A DNA stretch of 6,202 nucleotides, taken from the IMG/VR virus record IMGVR_UViG_3300045988_052777, positions 1 through 6,202 of that record, one strand, 5' to 3'. The notes beneath the pieces were generated by a model. The model did not search any database and was not told the origin of the DNA. It saw only the letters and a program-made list of their open reading frames with translations. The translations under genes and the position numbers were made by a program. Positions 1 through 6,069 of the stretch are shown here, in pieces. Each line of letters opens with the position of its first letter. Positions within the stretch are counted from its first letter, which is position 1. This DNA comes from a virus.

Positions 1-99
1 GAGATGCCGCCACGGGAGGACTAGCAAGCGGAGTAGGAAGTTTTGTAAATGGACTATTCGGAGGCGGAGGAGGAATAAATTATCACGACCAAAAAAAAC
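1..99. repeat. Terminal redundancy (copy 1), identical to 6104-6202. It is an assembly artefact of a circular genome, giving a unit length of about 6103 nt.
   Basis: By eye, 1-99 (gagatgccgccacgggaggactagcaagcgg...accaaaaaaaac) matches 6104-6202 base for base. Confidence 0.9.
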
Positions 100-1082
100 T
101 AATGGAAAAACAGCACGGGTATGAATTGGAAAACATGGATTATCAAGCGAAGCTTAACGAAGAAATGGCACAGAGGAATCAACAGCGCCAAAACGAATAC
201 TTCGGAATGACAGCAGAATACAATTCAGCGAAAAACCAAAAACAACGCCTGGAAGAAGCAGGATTAAATCCTGCATTAATGTACGGAAGCGCAGGAAGTG
301 GCGGAGCAGGGACAGGAAGCACGGGAGGAGCAAGCGGGAGCGGTGTCGGACTATCGCAAGCACAAGCAGTAGGTATGGGACTTCAATTAAGCCAAATCAA
401 GGCACAAACGAACTTAATGAATGCAGAGAGCGCCAAGGCATATGCAGAAGCGAACAAAATCAAAGGAGTTGATACAGAAGCAGCAAAACAAGGAATCAAA
501 GAGAGCGAAGCGAAAGTTGATGAAATTATCGCAAAAATACCTTCAGAAAAACAACAATATTACGTGGGAAAGGCATATGAAGAATCACTCAAGGCAGCTA
601 AAGAGTTAAGCGAAAGTCTAGCAGCAAAAACAGACCAAGAGAAACTTAACCTCAAAGTACAAGAGCATATATTATTTAAAGAATTCGATAAATTAGTTTC
701 TGAAATTGACGGCGTAAATCTAGACAACGACCAAAAAATAATCATCAAAAATTCATTGCAAAAAAGTATAAATTCTCAAATATACCTAAACACAATGAAA
801 GCAATGGAGGCGGCAGCCAATGCCAAGTTCACAAACGAAAACATGAAAACTATCCAAGGACAGTTAGACCTATGGGCAGCACAAGCGGAAAATTGGAAAG
901 GACAGAGGGAAAACATCCTGAAACAAATCGAAGCACAAATAGAGCAGTGGAACAAGGAAAATAAATTTACAGAGAAAAAATTAAATCTAGAAGAAACAAG
1001 GCTTATAGCAGATATAATCCTAAGAAGTCTAGAAGCTGTGCAAAAAATCGGTCAAATAGTAGGAACAGCAATGATTAAGTAA
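1..1082 (+). CDS. Microviridae minor capsid / DNA pilot protein VP2, 5'-truncated here by linearisation. The true ATG is at 6070 and the CDS wraps the circular junction, about 371 aa in total.
   Basis: The open frame (codons at 3,6,9...) is continuous with the ATG at 6070 across the repeat. The N-terminus is glycine-rich (GGLASGVGSFVNGLFGGGGG, GSAGSGGAGTGSTGGASGSG). A 'QRQNEYFGMTAEYNSAKNQKQRLEEAGLNPALMYG' block matches the conserved VP2 core (...AGLNPALAY...). The C-terminal half is long and K/E/Q/A-rich with coiled-coil character. Stop TAA at 1080-1082. Confidence 0.8.
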   Translation, partial: DAATGGLASGVGSFVNGLFGGGGGINYHDQKKLMEKQHGYELENMDYQAKLNEEMAQRNQQRQNEYFGMTAEYNSAKNQKQRLEEAGLNPALMYGSAGSGGAGTGSTGGASGSGVGLSQAQAVGMGLQLSQIKAQTNLMNAESAKAYAEANKIKGVDTEAAKQGIKESEAKVDEIIAKIPSEKQQYYVGKAYEESLKAAKELSESLAAKTDQEKLNLKVQEHILFKEFDKLVSEIDGVNLDNDQKIIIKNSLQKSINSQIYLNTMKAMEAAANAKFTNENMKTIQGQLDLWAAQAENWKGQRENILKQIEAQIEQWNKENKFTEKKLNLEETRLIADIILRSLEAVQKIGQIVGTAMIK

Positions 1083-1087
1083 TATAT

Positions 1088-2092
1088 ATGTGTTTATATC
1101 CAAAATTAATTCCAAATCCTAAGTACAGGACATCTAAGAAGAGAGGGTACTACAAACCCTCTCCACATGATGCAAGACTGAATTATGTACCAGTAGCATG
1201 CGGGAAGTGCTACGAGTGTAGAAAAAAGAAAGCTAGAGAGTGGAGAATCAGACTAGCCGAAGAAATAAGGCACAACAAGAGTTATTTCGTAACATTAACG
1301 ATTGACGATGAGAATTTAGTAATGTTGAAAAACGAACTAGAAGTAAAATCAGTTAAAGGAAACGAAAACAATATAGCAACACTAGCGCTAAGAAAATTTC
1401 TAGAACGATGCAGAAAAAAAACAGGAAAATCACTAAAACACTGGTGCGTAACCGAGTTAGGAGAAGATAAAGGAAGAATACATTTACACGGGATATTCTT
1501 CGGAAACCAGGCAGCGGAGCTAGTAATTGAAAAGTGGAAATATGGGTATGTATTCATCGGTAATTTTGTAAACGAAAAAACAATTAATTACATCAGTAAA
1601 TACATGCTAAAGGATGACTTAAACAATAGAGAATTTACAGGAAAAGTGTTAACAAGTGCAGGAATGGGGAAACAATACTTTGAACGCGGAGACTGGAAAT
1701 TTAATAGATACAATGGGGAAAACACAAGAGAATATTACGTATTCAAGAACGGTACTAGGGCGATGATGCCAAGGTATTACAAGGACAAGATTTACAGCGA
1801 AGAAGAAAAAGAATTACTTTGGCTACAGAAACTAGATAAAGGCGATACATGGGTGATGGGGGAAAAGTGTAAGATAGATTCAGTGGAGTACAAGAATCTC
1901 CTAAGTTACTACAGAGAACAAGCAAAACAAATACACGGAGATAATATAGCTCTATGGAAGGAAAAACAATATTGGCGAAGACTAGAAAAACAAAGAAGTA
2001 TGTACAGAAAACGAAGGAATATGAATGAATATATCGACAGACAAACAGCAGAGAGAATAAACAACTACGAAATTGGGTGTTGTCCGTTCTGA
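1088..2092 (+). CDS. Microviridae replication initiation protein VP4, a rolling-circle HUH endonuclease homologous to gene A protein.
   Basis: RCR motif 1 YFVTLTIDD (aa 66-74). Motif 2 HLHGIFF (aa 132-138, HUH). Motif 3 YISKYMLKD with two Tyr four residues apart (Y168/Y172, like phiX174 A 'YVAKY'). N-terminal 'CLYPKLIPNPKY' and a Cys cluster ACGKCYEC are typical of gokusho-like VP4. The ATG at 1088 lies 5 nt after the VP2 stop. Confidence 0.9.
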   Translation: MCLYPKLIPNPKYRTSKKRGYYKPSPHDARLNYVPVACGKCYECRKKKAREWRIRLAEEIRHNKSYFVTLTIDDENLVMLKNELEVKSVKGNENNIATLALRKFLERCRKKTGKSLKHWCVTELGEDKGRIHLHGIFFGNQAAELVIEKWKYGYVFIGNFVNEKTINYISKYMLKDDLNNREFTGKVLTSAGMGKQYFERGDWKFNRYNGENTREYYVFKNGTRAMMPRYYKDKIYSEEEKELLWLQKLDKGDTWVMGEKCKIDSVEYKNLLSYYREQAKQIHGDNIALWKEKQYWRRLEKQRSMYRKRRNMNEYIDRQTAERINNYEIGCCPF

Positions 2093-2108
2093 CACACGAA
2101 AGTTCGCC

Positions 2109-2309
2109 ATGCTCGAGATGCTCGCTGTACTCGACAGACATGAAGGTGTTGCTTCGCAGCTCATTACTCTCCTCACTTCGTTCGGCCGTTCCTCGTTCTC
2201 CCAACTCGTCACTCAGGCACGATCGACCCGGTCGAGACGTGTAACAGCATCAGGCTGTTCTTTGTCTCGGCAAAGAACCAAACCGACCCCCTCACTCATT
2301 TTTTATTAG
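2109..2309 (+). CDS. Doubtful small ORF in the GC-rich island. It has an Arg/Ser-rich C-terminus and could be a J/VP8-like DNA-binding peptide. The region may instead be non-coding.
   Basis: Open frame 2073-2309 with in-frame ATGs at 2073 (overlapping the VP4 end) and 2109. The C-terminus reads ARSTRSRRVTASGCSLSRQRTKPT. Composition and codon usage differ sharply from every other gene in the genome. Confidence 0.2.
   Translation: MLEMLAVLDRHEGVASQLITLLTSFGRSSFSQLVTQARSTRSRRVTASGCSLSRQRTKPTPSLIFY
2223..2235. repeat. Perfect palindrome tcgacc-c-ggtcga.
   Basis: Read directly: 6-nt arms that are reverse complements, with a 1-nt centre. It lies inside the GC-rich island. Confidence 0.6.
2257..2278 (+). 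other. Stem-loop with an 8-bp stem (gttctttg / caaagaac) and a 6-nt loop (tctcgg). It may be a terminator or an ssDNA structural element.
   Basis: The arms are exact reverse complements. A T-run (tttttta) follows about 20 nt downstream at about 2299. Confidence 0.5.
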
Positions 2310-2322
2310 CAATGCTGATGGG

Positions 2323-2344
2323 GAAGTGTTAAAGAAGTGTTAAA
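2323..2344. repeat. Exact tandem direct repeat, 2 x 11 bp (gaagtgttaaa gaagtgttaaa), placed just upstream of the promoter candidate.
   Basis: Read directly. GTGTTAAA loosely resembles a XerD-arm half-site (TTATGTTAAAT) or an operator half-site. Confidence 0.6.
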
Positions 2345-2352
2345 GTCAGTCA

Positions 2353-2388
2353 TTTGTTTGGTTGGCTTATATTTTTGTGTTATCTTTG
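2353..2388 (+). promoter_or_regulatory. Bacteroidetes-type sigma-ABfr promoter candidate. It has -33 TTTG (2353-2356 and 2357-2360) and -7 TAtcTTTG (2381-2388) with about 20 nt spacing. It would drive the small-ORF/VP1 operon.
   Basis: Exact match to the TAnnTTTG -7 element, with TTTG correctly spaced upstream. It sits about 50 nt before the first gene of the cluster (ATG 2438). No ATG in the genome has an SD sequence. Confidence 0.45.
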
Positions 2389-2437
2389 TGGTGTGATAAA
2401 GAGATAAACACCATTAACAAACAAAAAACTTACAATT

Positions 2438-2650
2438 ATGGAAAGAGAAATAGAAATAAAAGCTAAAGAAAACGACTCATACAGGCTAATCCTCAAGCTA
2501 GAATTAGACGAAGAGGACGAAGAGTTGTTAAAGAAAAGACTTCACTTACTTGCGTTATGGCCAAAATTAAGCAATGAACAGGGAGAAGTGATTGAAACAC
2601 TGTTCGGATATTATTGGTACAAAAATTGTGAAATCAATATAATTAAATAA
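2438..2650 (+). CDS. Hypothetical small acidic protein (70 aa), first gene of the accessory module.
   Basis: ATG-initiated ORF directly downstream of the promoter candidate. It is very E/D-rich (LELDEEDEELL). The next ORF starts 2 nt after its stop. Confidence 0.5.
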   Translation: MEREIEIKAKENDSYRLILKLELDEEDEELLKKRLHLLALWPKLSNEQGEVIETLFGYYWYKNCEINIIK

Positions 2651-2651
2651 T

Positions 2652-2873
2652 ATGAATAAGATTTACAGCGTATTAAGAATAGATAATTGGGATAAAGCCC
2701 AATCAGTCTACGAAGGAAGAATTAGAGATTGTAAAAAAAGTTTAGAGACAATCGAAAAGGAATATCGACAAAGAGGCTGGAAAACAAAATTATACGATTA
2801 CGCGCTAATCATAAAATCAGCGACATCAAATTACCAACAATACATCTACTTAATTCACGAACCTGAATTTTAA
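2652..2873 (+). CDS. Hypothetical protein (73 aa).
   Basis: ATG 2 nt after the previous stop, with tight coupling. Orientation and spacing are consistent with an operon. Confidence 0.45.
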   Translation: MNKIYSVLRIDNWDKAQSVYEGRIRDCKKSLETIEKEYRQRGWKTKLYDYALIIKSATSNYQQYIYLIHEPEF

Positions 2874-2874
2874 T

Positions 2875-3066
2875 ATGAGAAACAAGACAATAGCGGTGAT
2901 TGCCGACAAAGAGACAGGAGTCGTCAAATCAATAGAAACAGAGGTAATTATCTTACAGAAGGAATTAGAATCCGAAATGAGATGGGAATGCATGGAAGCT
3001 ATTAAGAGGCTTATAAACAAAAAGAAATACAAAATTATTAACATAAATACTTACTTTTATGACTAA
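2875..3066 (+). CDS. Hypothetical protein (63 aa).
   Basis: ATG 2 nt after the previous stop. Its stop overlaps the next start in ATGACTAA. Confidence 0.45.
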   Translation: MRNKTIAVIADKETGVVKSIETEVIILQKELESEMRWECMEAIKRLINKKKYKIININTYFYD

Positions 3067-3253
3067 AGAACAGAAAGAAAAATTAATTACAGCAGTGGTT
3101 ACATTTATTACCACAGTGTTAAGCATCCTGTTTTTACAAGCATGCACAATGAGTATGAGTATTGCGAAAAACAATAACGGTACTTTCGAACAAAGACATG
3201 AAAACAGTACTAACGTGGATAGCACGAAAATTAATAACAATTTTAATAAGTAA
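3059..3253 (+). CDS. Small membrane protein or lipoprotein (64 aa) with an N-terminal signal/TM segment and a lipobox-like LQAC. It is a candidate lysis (amurin-like) or superinfection-exclusion protein.
   Basis: MTKEQKEK (charged n-region), then LITAVVTFITTVLSILFL (18 hydrophobic residues), then QAC-TMSMS, followed by a hydrophilic N/S/T-rich tail. Its start overlaps the upstream stop (ATGACTAA), which suggests translational coupling. Confidence 0.5.
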   Translation: MTKEQKEKLITAVVTFITTVLSILFLQACTMSMSIAKNNNGTFEQRHENSTNVDSTKINNNFNK

Positions 3254-3258
3254 AAATT

Positions 3259-3495
3259 ATGGAAAGAAATGGAATGAACTTATTCAGAGTCGAGAAAACA
3301 AAAGTAAACGAAGAGGAAAGATTCGTAATTGTGTGCGGAAAATATCGCGCATCAAAAGTGGAATTCAAAACAAAAGAAAATGCAGAAGACTACATAGCAA
3401 ACATGATAGATTGGGACATGTTAGTAACCATTGTAGGACAACTAAGCGAACATATCGCAGAAAAAAAAGTAAACGAAATGTTAAATAATAAATAA
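3259..3495 (+). CDS. Hypothetical protein (78 aa), last gene before VP1.
   Basis: ATG 5 nt after the previous stop. It ends 8 nt before the VP1 ATG. Confidence 0.45.
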   Translation: MERNGMNLFRVEKTKVNEEERFVIVCGKYRASKVEFKTKENAEDYIANMIDWDMLVTIVGQLSEHIAEKKVNEMLNNK

Positions 3496-3503
3496 GTAAG
3501 ACT

Positions 3504-5510
3504 ATGGTTAAAAAAACTATTGGAAAAAATACACTTGGCGACAATAATAAGATGAAAGTCGCTATGCGTGACTATGAAAGAAGTACACACAACCTATCAT
3601 ACATTTGGAGAAACACACAAGCACCGGGAACGCTAGTTCCCTGCATGAAAATTCTAGCAACACCGGGAACGACTTACAAGATTAAGGCAAACAGTCACAT
3701 TCTGACACATCCTACAGTCGGGCCTCTATTTGGAAGCTATAAGTTTCAAGTGGATATATTCACAGTACCCATCAGGTTATATAATGCGTTGCTTCATAAC
3801 AACGCACTAAATGTAGGGCTTGACATGGCAAAAGTTAAATTTCCTAAATTCGCAATAACATTAGGGAAAGACAGTTCTAAAACACCGTGGAGCAGCAGCA
3901 GCCTGTTAACTTATCTAGGGTTCCGGAACAAAGGTCGCGAATTATCTGACTCACTCGATTTTACGCATAAATTTAACGCAATTCCTGCAATCGCGTATTA
4001 TGACATCTTCAAAAATTATTACGCAAACAAACAGGAAGAAAAATTCTATACAATTGGAGTAGGAGACGTGACAGAGGTGCAAAATCCAACTACAACCAGC
4101 TCACCAATTAGAGTGATGGCGGAGGCTCTTGTAGGATCGGAACAAAATTGGGAACTAGTAACCAATAGCTTTATGAATCTGTATTATGCAGAAAACAAAA
4201 TTGTACAATATGTAATTGAAATAGCAGATACAGTATTTCCAAGTAACGGAGATATTAATCAATTAATATTAATAGGCGAATACCTATCGGATGCAACGAA
4301 TGTTATAGGCACTTTCGAAATCACAGCAAAACAAATGGCAGGAAATGCAGCGCTTTCCTACAATAATCAAGTATGGAGCATCCCAGTAAACTGGCACGAT
4401 AAACCTGAATACAGAAACATCAGATTAACAGGCGTCAAGACATCAGGTTCGATCAAACTAAATGAATACGAACTCGAACAAATTGATAAAACCAGAGAGG
4501 AAATTCTATCACTAGGAAGTCAAGAAGGTTTAATACAGCACGAAACCGGAAAAGGAAACATAACGCAAAAGTATCTAAAAGACCTAATCAGCTTAGGAAG
4601 AGAATTTTACAGCGCATATCCACAAGTAGGACTAGCGATTAAGACTTACCAGTCCGACATCTTTAACAATTGGATTAATACAGAATGGATTGACGGAGAA
4701 AACGGAATCAACGCAATTACAGCAGTGGACGTATCAGACGGAAAGCTAGAGTTAGATACACTAATCCTAGCAAAAAAAGTATACAATATGCTCAACCGAA
4801 TCGCAATCAGCGGAGGAACATATAATGACTGGATCGAAACAGTCTATACAACTGATTATGTAAGCAGAAGCGAGATACCTGAATACCAAGGAGGTATGTC
4901 AAGCGAGATCCAATTCCAAGAAGTAGTAAGCAACAGCGCAACCGAAAACGAACCTTTAGGAACGTTAGCAGGACGAGGAATTAATACCGGAAAGAAGGGA
5001 GGAGATATTACTGTGAAGGTAAGCGAGCCATGTTATCTAATAGGAATATGCAGTATTACACCAAGAGTCGATTATTCACAAGGAAACGATTTCGACATCA
5101 TGCTAGACAACCTCGACCAGATCCACAAGCCACAGCTTGACCAAATCGGCTTCCAAGATTTACTTACATGGAAAATGGACGCAGAACAAATCGTGTATGC
5201 GAATGGAGTACTCAAGGAGTATAGCGTAGGAAAACAGCCTGCATGGATAGATTATATGACAAACTACAACAAAACATACGGAAACTTCGCCGTAGGAGAA
5301 CCAGAGGCATTCATGGTGTTAAACAGAATTTACAAAACCGAATGGGAGGGAAATACGCCGAAAATAAACAACTCAACATACATTGACCCACAATCATATA
5401 ATTATGTATTCGCAGATACAGACTTACAATCAATGAATTTTTGGGTGCAAATCGGATTTGACATCGAAGCCCGTATTGTGATGAGCGCCAAAGTAATGCC
5501 AACACTTTAA
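3504..5510 (+). CDS. Microviridae major capsid protein VP1 (F-protein family), 668 aa.
   Basis: The N-terminus carries the conserved pattern ...LSYIWRN...PGTLVPC...ATPGTTYKIKANSHILTHPTVGPLFGSYKFQVDIFTVPIRLY, matching the gokusho/alpa VP1 signature LSH...G.L.P...PG.T...P...F.VP.RL. Its size matches Alpavirinae-like VP1, which is longer than classic gokushovirus VP1 at about 550 aa. It is the longest ORF in the genome. Confidence 0.9.
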   Translation: MVKKTIGKNTLGDNNKMKVAMRDYERSTHNLSYIWRNTQAPGTLVPCMKILATPGTTYKIKANSHILTHPTVGPLFGSYKFQVDIFTVPIRLYNALLHNNALNVGLDMAKVKFPKFAITLGKDSSKTPWSSSSLLTYLGFRNKGRELSDSLDFTHKFNAIPAIAYYDIFKNYYANKQEEKFYTIGVGDVTEVQNPTTTSSPIRVMAEALVGSEQNWELVTNSFMNLYYAENKIVQYVIEIADTVFPSNGDINQLILIGEYLSDATNVIGTFEITAKQMAGNAALSYNNQVWSIPVNWHDKPEYRNIRLTGVKTSGSIKLNEYELEQIDKTREEILSLGSQEGLIQHETGKGNITQKYLKDLISLGREFYSAYPQVGLAIKTYQSDIFNNWINTEWIDGENGINAITAVDVSDGKLELDTLILAKKVYNMLNRIAISGGTYNDWIETVYTTDYVSRSEIPEYQGGMSSEIQFQEVVSNSATENEPLGTLAGRGINTGKKGGDITVKVSEPCYLIGICSITPRVDYSQGNDFDIMLDNLDQIHKPQLDQIGFQDLLTWKMDAEQIVYANGVLKEYSVGKQPAWIDYMTNYNKTYGNFAVGEPEAFMVLNRIYKTEWEGNTPKINNSTYIDPQSYNYVFADTDLQSMNFWVQIGFDIEARIVMSAKVMPTL

Positions 5511-5521
5511 TATTTTATAAC

Positions 5522-5860
5522 ATGAAAAAAGTAGGAATTAATTACAGAAGCAAGCTAGGAACAGCTTTAGTAGAAGGTGAAAGACTTGAGTCAAAAATTG
5601 ACAGAATGACTCAAAACAACGAACCTATCGGAGATAGCGCGCCACTAATCTACACACCAAGGAAAGATGGAGTAATAGCAGCGTACGACATTCGTACAGA
5701 TAAGTGGGATATTGCCTTAGATGCGATGGAGAAAGTTAATCGAACAAGAGGTAAGATATCAGAGCTAGGTGGTATGCGCGAAGCTAAGAAGAGTATCGAC
5801 GAAGAAGCGAAAAAAGCCGTAGCCAACGGTGCAATTGAGTCGAAGAACGAACTTAATTAG
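5522..5860 (+). CDS. Hypothetical 112-aa protein between VP1 and VP2. It could be an internal scaffolding (VP3-like) or other structural accessory protein.
   Basis: ATG 11 nt after the VP1 stop, on the same strand. It is charged and helical (K/E/A-rich C-terminus). Assignment rests on position only. I do not recognise a VP3 signature. Confidence 0.5.
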   Translation: MKKVGINYRSKLGTALVEGERLESKIDRMTQNNEPIGDSAPLIYTPRKDGVIAAYDIRTDKWDIALDAMEKVNRTRGKISELGGMREAKKSIDEEAKKAVANGAIESKNELN

Positions 5861-5876
5861 CATGTTACCACTTTAG

Positions 5877-5889
5877 TGAACGAAGTTCA
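5877..5889 (+). other. Small hairpin (tgaac-gaa-gttca) immediately after the 5522-5860 stop.
   Basis: Read directly: 5-bp stem with a 3-nt loop. Confidence 0.3.
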
Positions 5890-5972
5890 TACGTGTGAAG
5901 TGCACGACCATTAAAACCGAAGATTTCGCGGGGACGCACGGCATAGATTGTCCAATAAGTTTACCGCGGAAT

Positions 5973-5986
5973 CCTCTTTAAAGAGG
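5973..5986. repeat. Perfect 14-bp palindrome cctcttt|aaagagg in the VP3-like/VP2 intergenic region.
   Basis: Read directly: exact reverse-complement symmetry. It is flanked by GC-rich sequence (ccgcgg ... gtggtacgcacg). Confidence 0.6.
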
Positions 5987-6028
5987 GTGGTACGCACGTA
6001 GCATATATTATCTAGTTATAATGTAAAA

Positions 6029-6043
6029 CTCTTTAGAAAAGAG
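6029..6043 (+). other. Hairpin ctcttt-aga-aaagag, 27 nt upstream of the VP2 ATG.
   Basis: 6-bp exact stem with a 3-nt loop. It shares the CTCTTT/AAAGAG arm sequence with the 14-bp palindrome at 5973-5986. Confidence 0.45.
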
Positions 6044-6069
6044 CGAAACCAATGTAAAAAATTATTATT

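Noticed and set aside
421-609. 62-aa basic ORF nested inside VP2.
   Set aside because: An off-frame compositional artefact inside a confidently assigned gene.
2093-2300. Possibility that the GC-rich island is a tRNA or CRISPR repeat.
   Set aside because: There is no cloverleaf-compatible arrangement and no T-loop GTTCRANYC motif. There are no spaced identical repeats anywhere in the window.
2300-2345. The tandem repeat region as a canonical 28-bp dif/XerCD site.
   Set aside because: I could not place inverted XerC/XerD arms with a 6-8 bp spacer. Only a half-site-like resemblance exists, so it is kept as a low-confidence hypothesis only.
3162-3488. 108-aa extremely K/R-rich ORF in an alternative + frame overlapping two small ORFs. 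It could be an overprinted J-like DNA-binding gene.
   Set aside because: The + strand is strongly A/purine-rich and T-poor, so off-frames are stop-poor and translate AAA/AGA/AAG runs into Lys/Arg by chance. The same artefact appears inside VP2 (421-609). There is no start context or coupling to support it.
154-3590. Minus-strand ORFs (154-363, 560-748, 1282-1557, 1755-2204, 1982-2212, 2850-3044, 2965-3240, 3390-3590, 5311-5505), several of them hydrophobic.
   Set aside because: All are antisense to well-supported + strand genes. Their Phe/Leu/Ile richness is just the complement of the A-rich coding strand. Microviridae encode all genes on one strand.
6017-6022. Perfect TATAAT sigma-70 -10 hexamer upstream of VP2.
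   Set aside because: There is no acceptable -35 (cgcacg at the -35 position). The hexamer is expected by chance in AT-rich DNA. The likely host uses the Bacteroidetes consensus rather than sigma-70.
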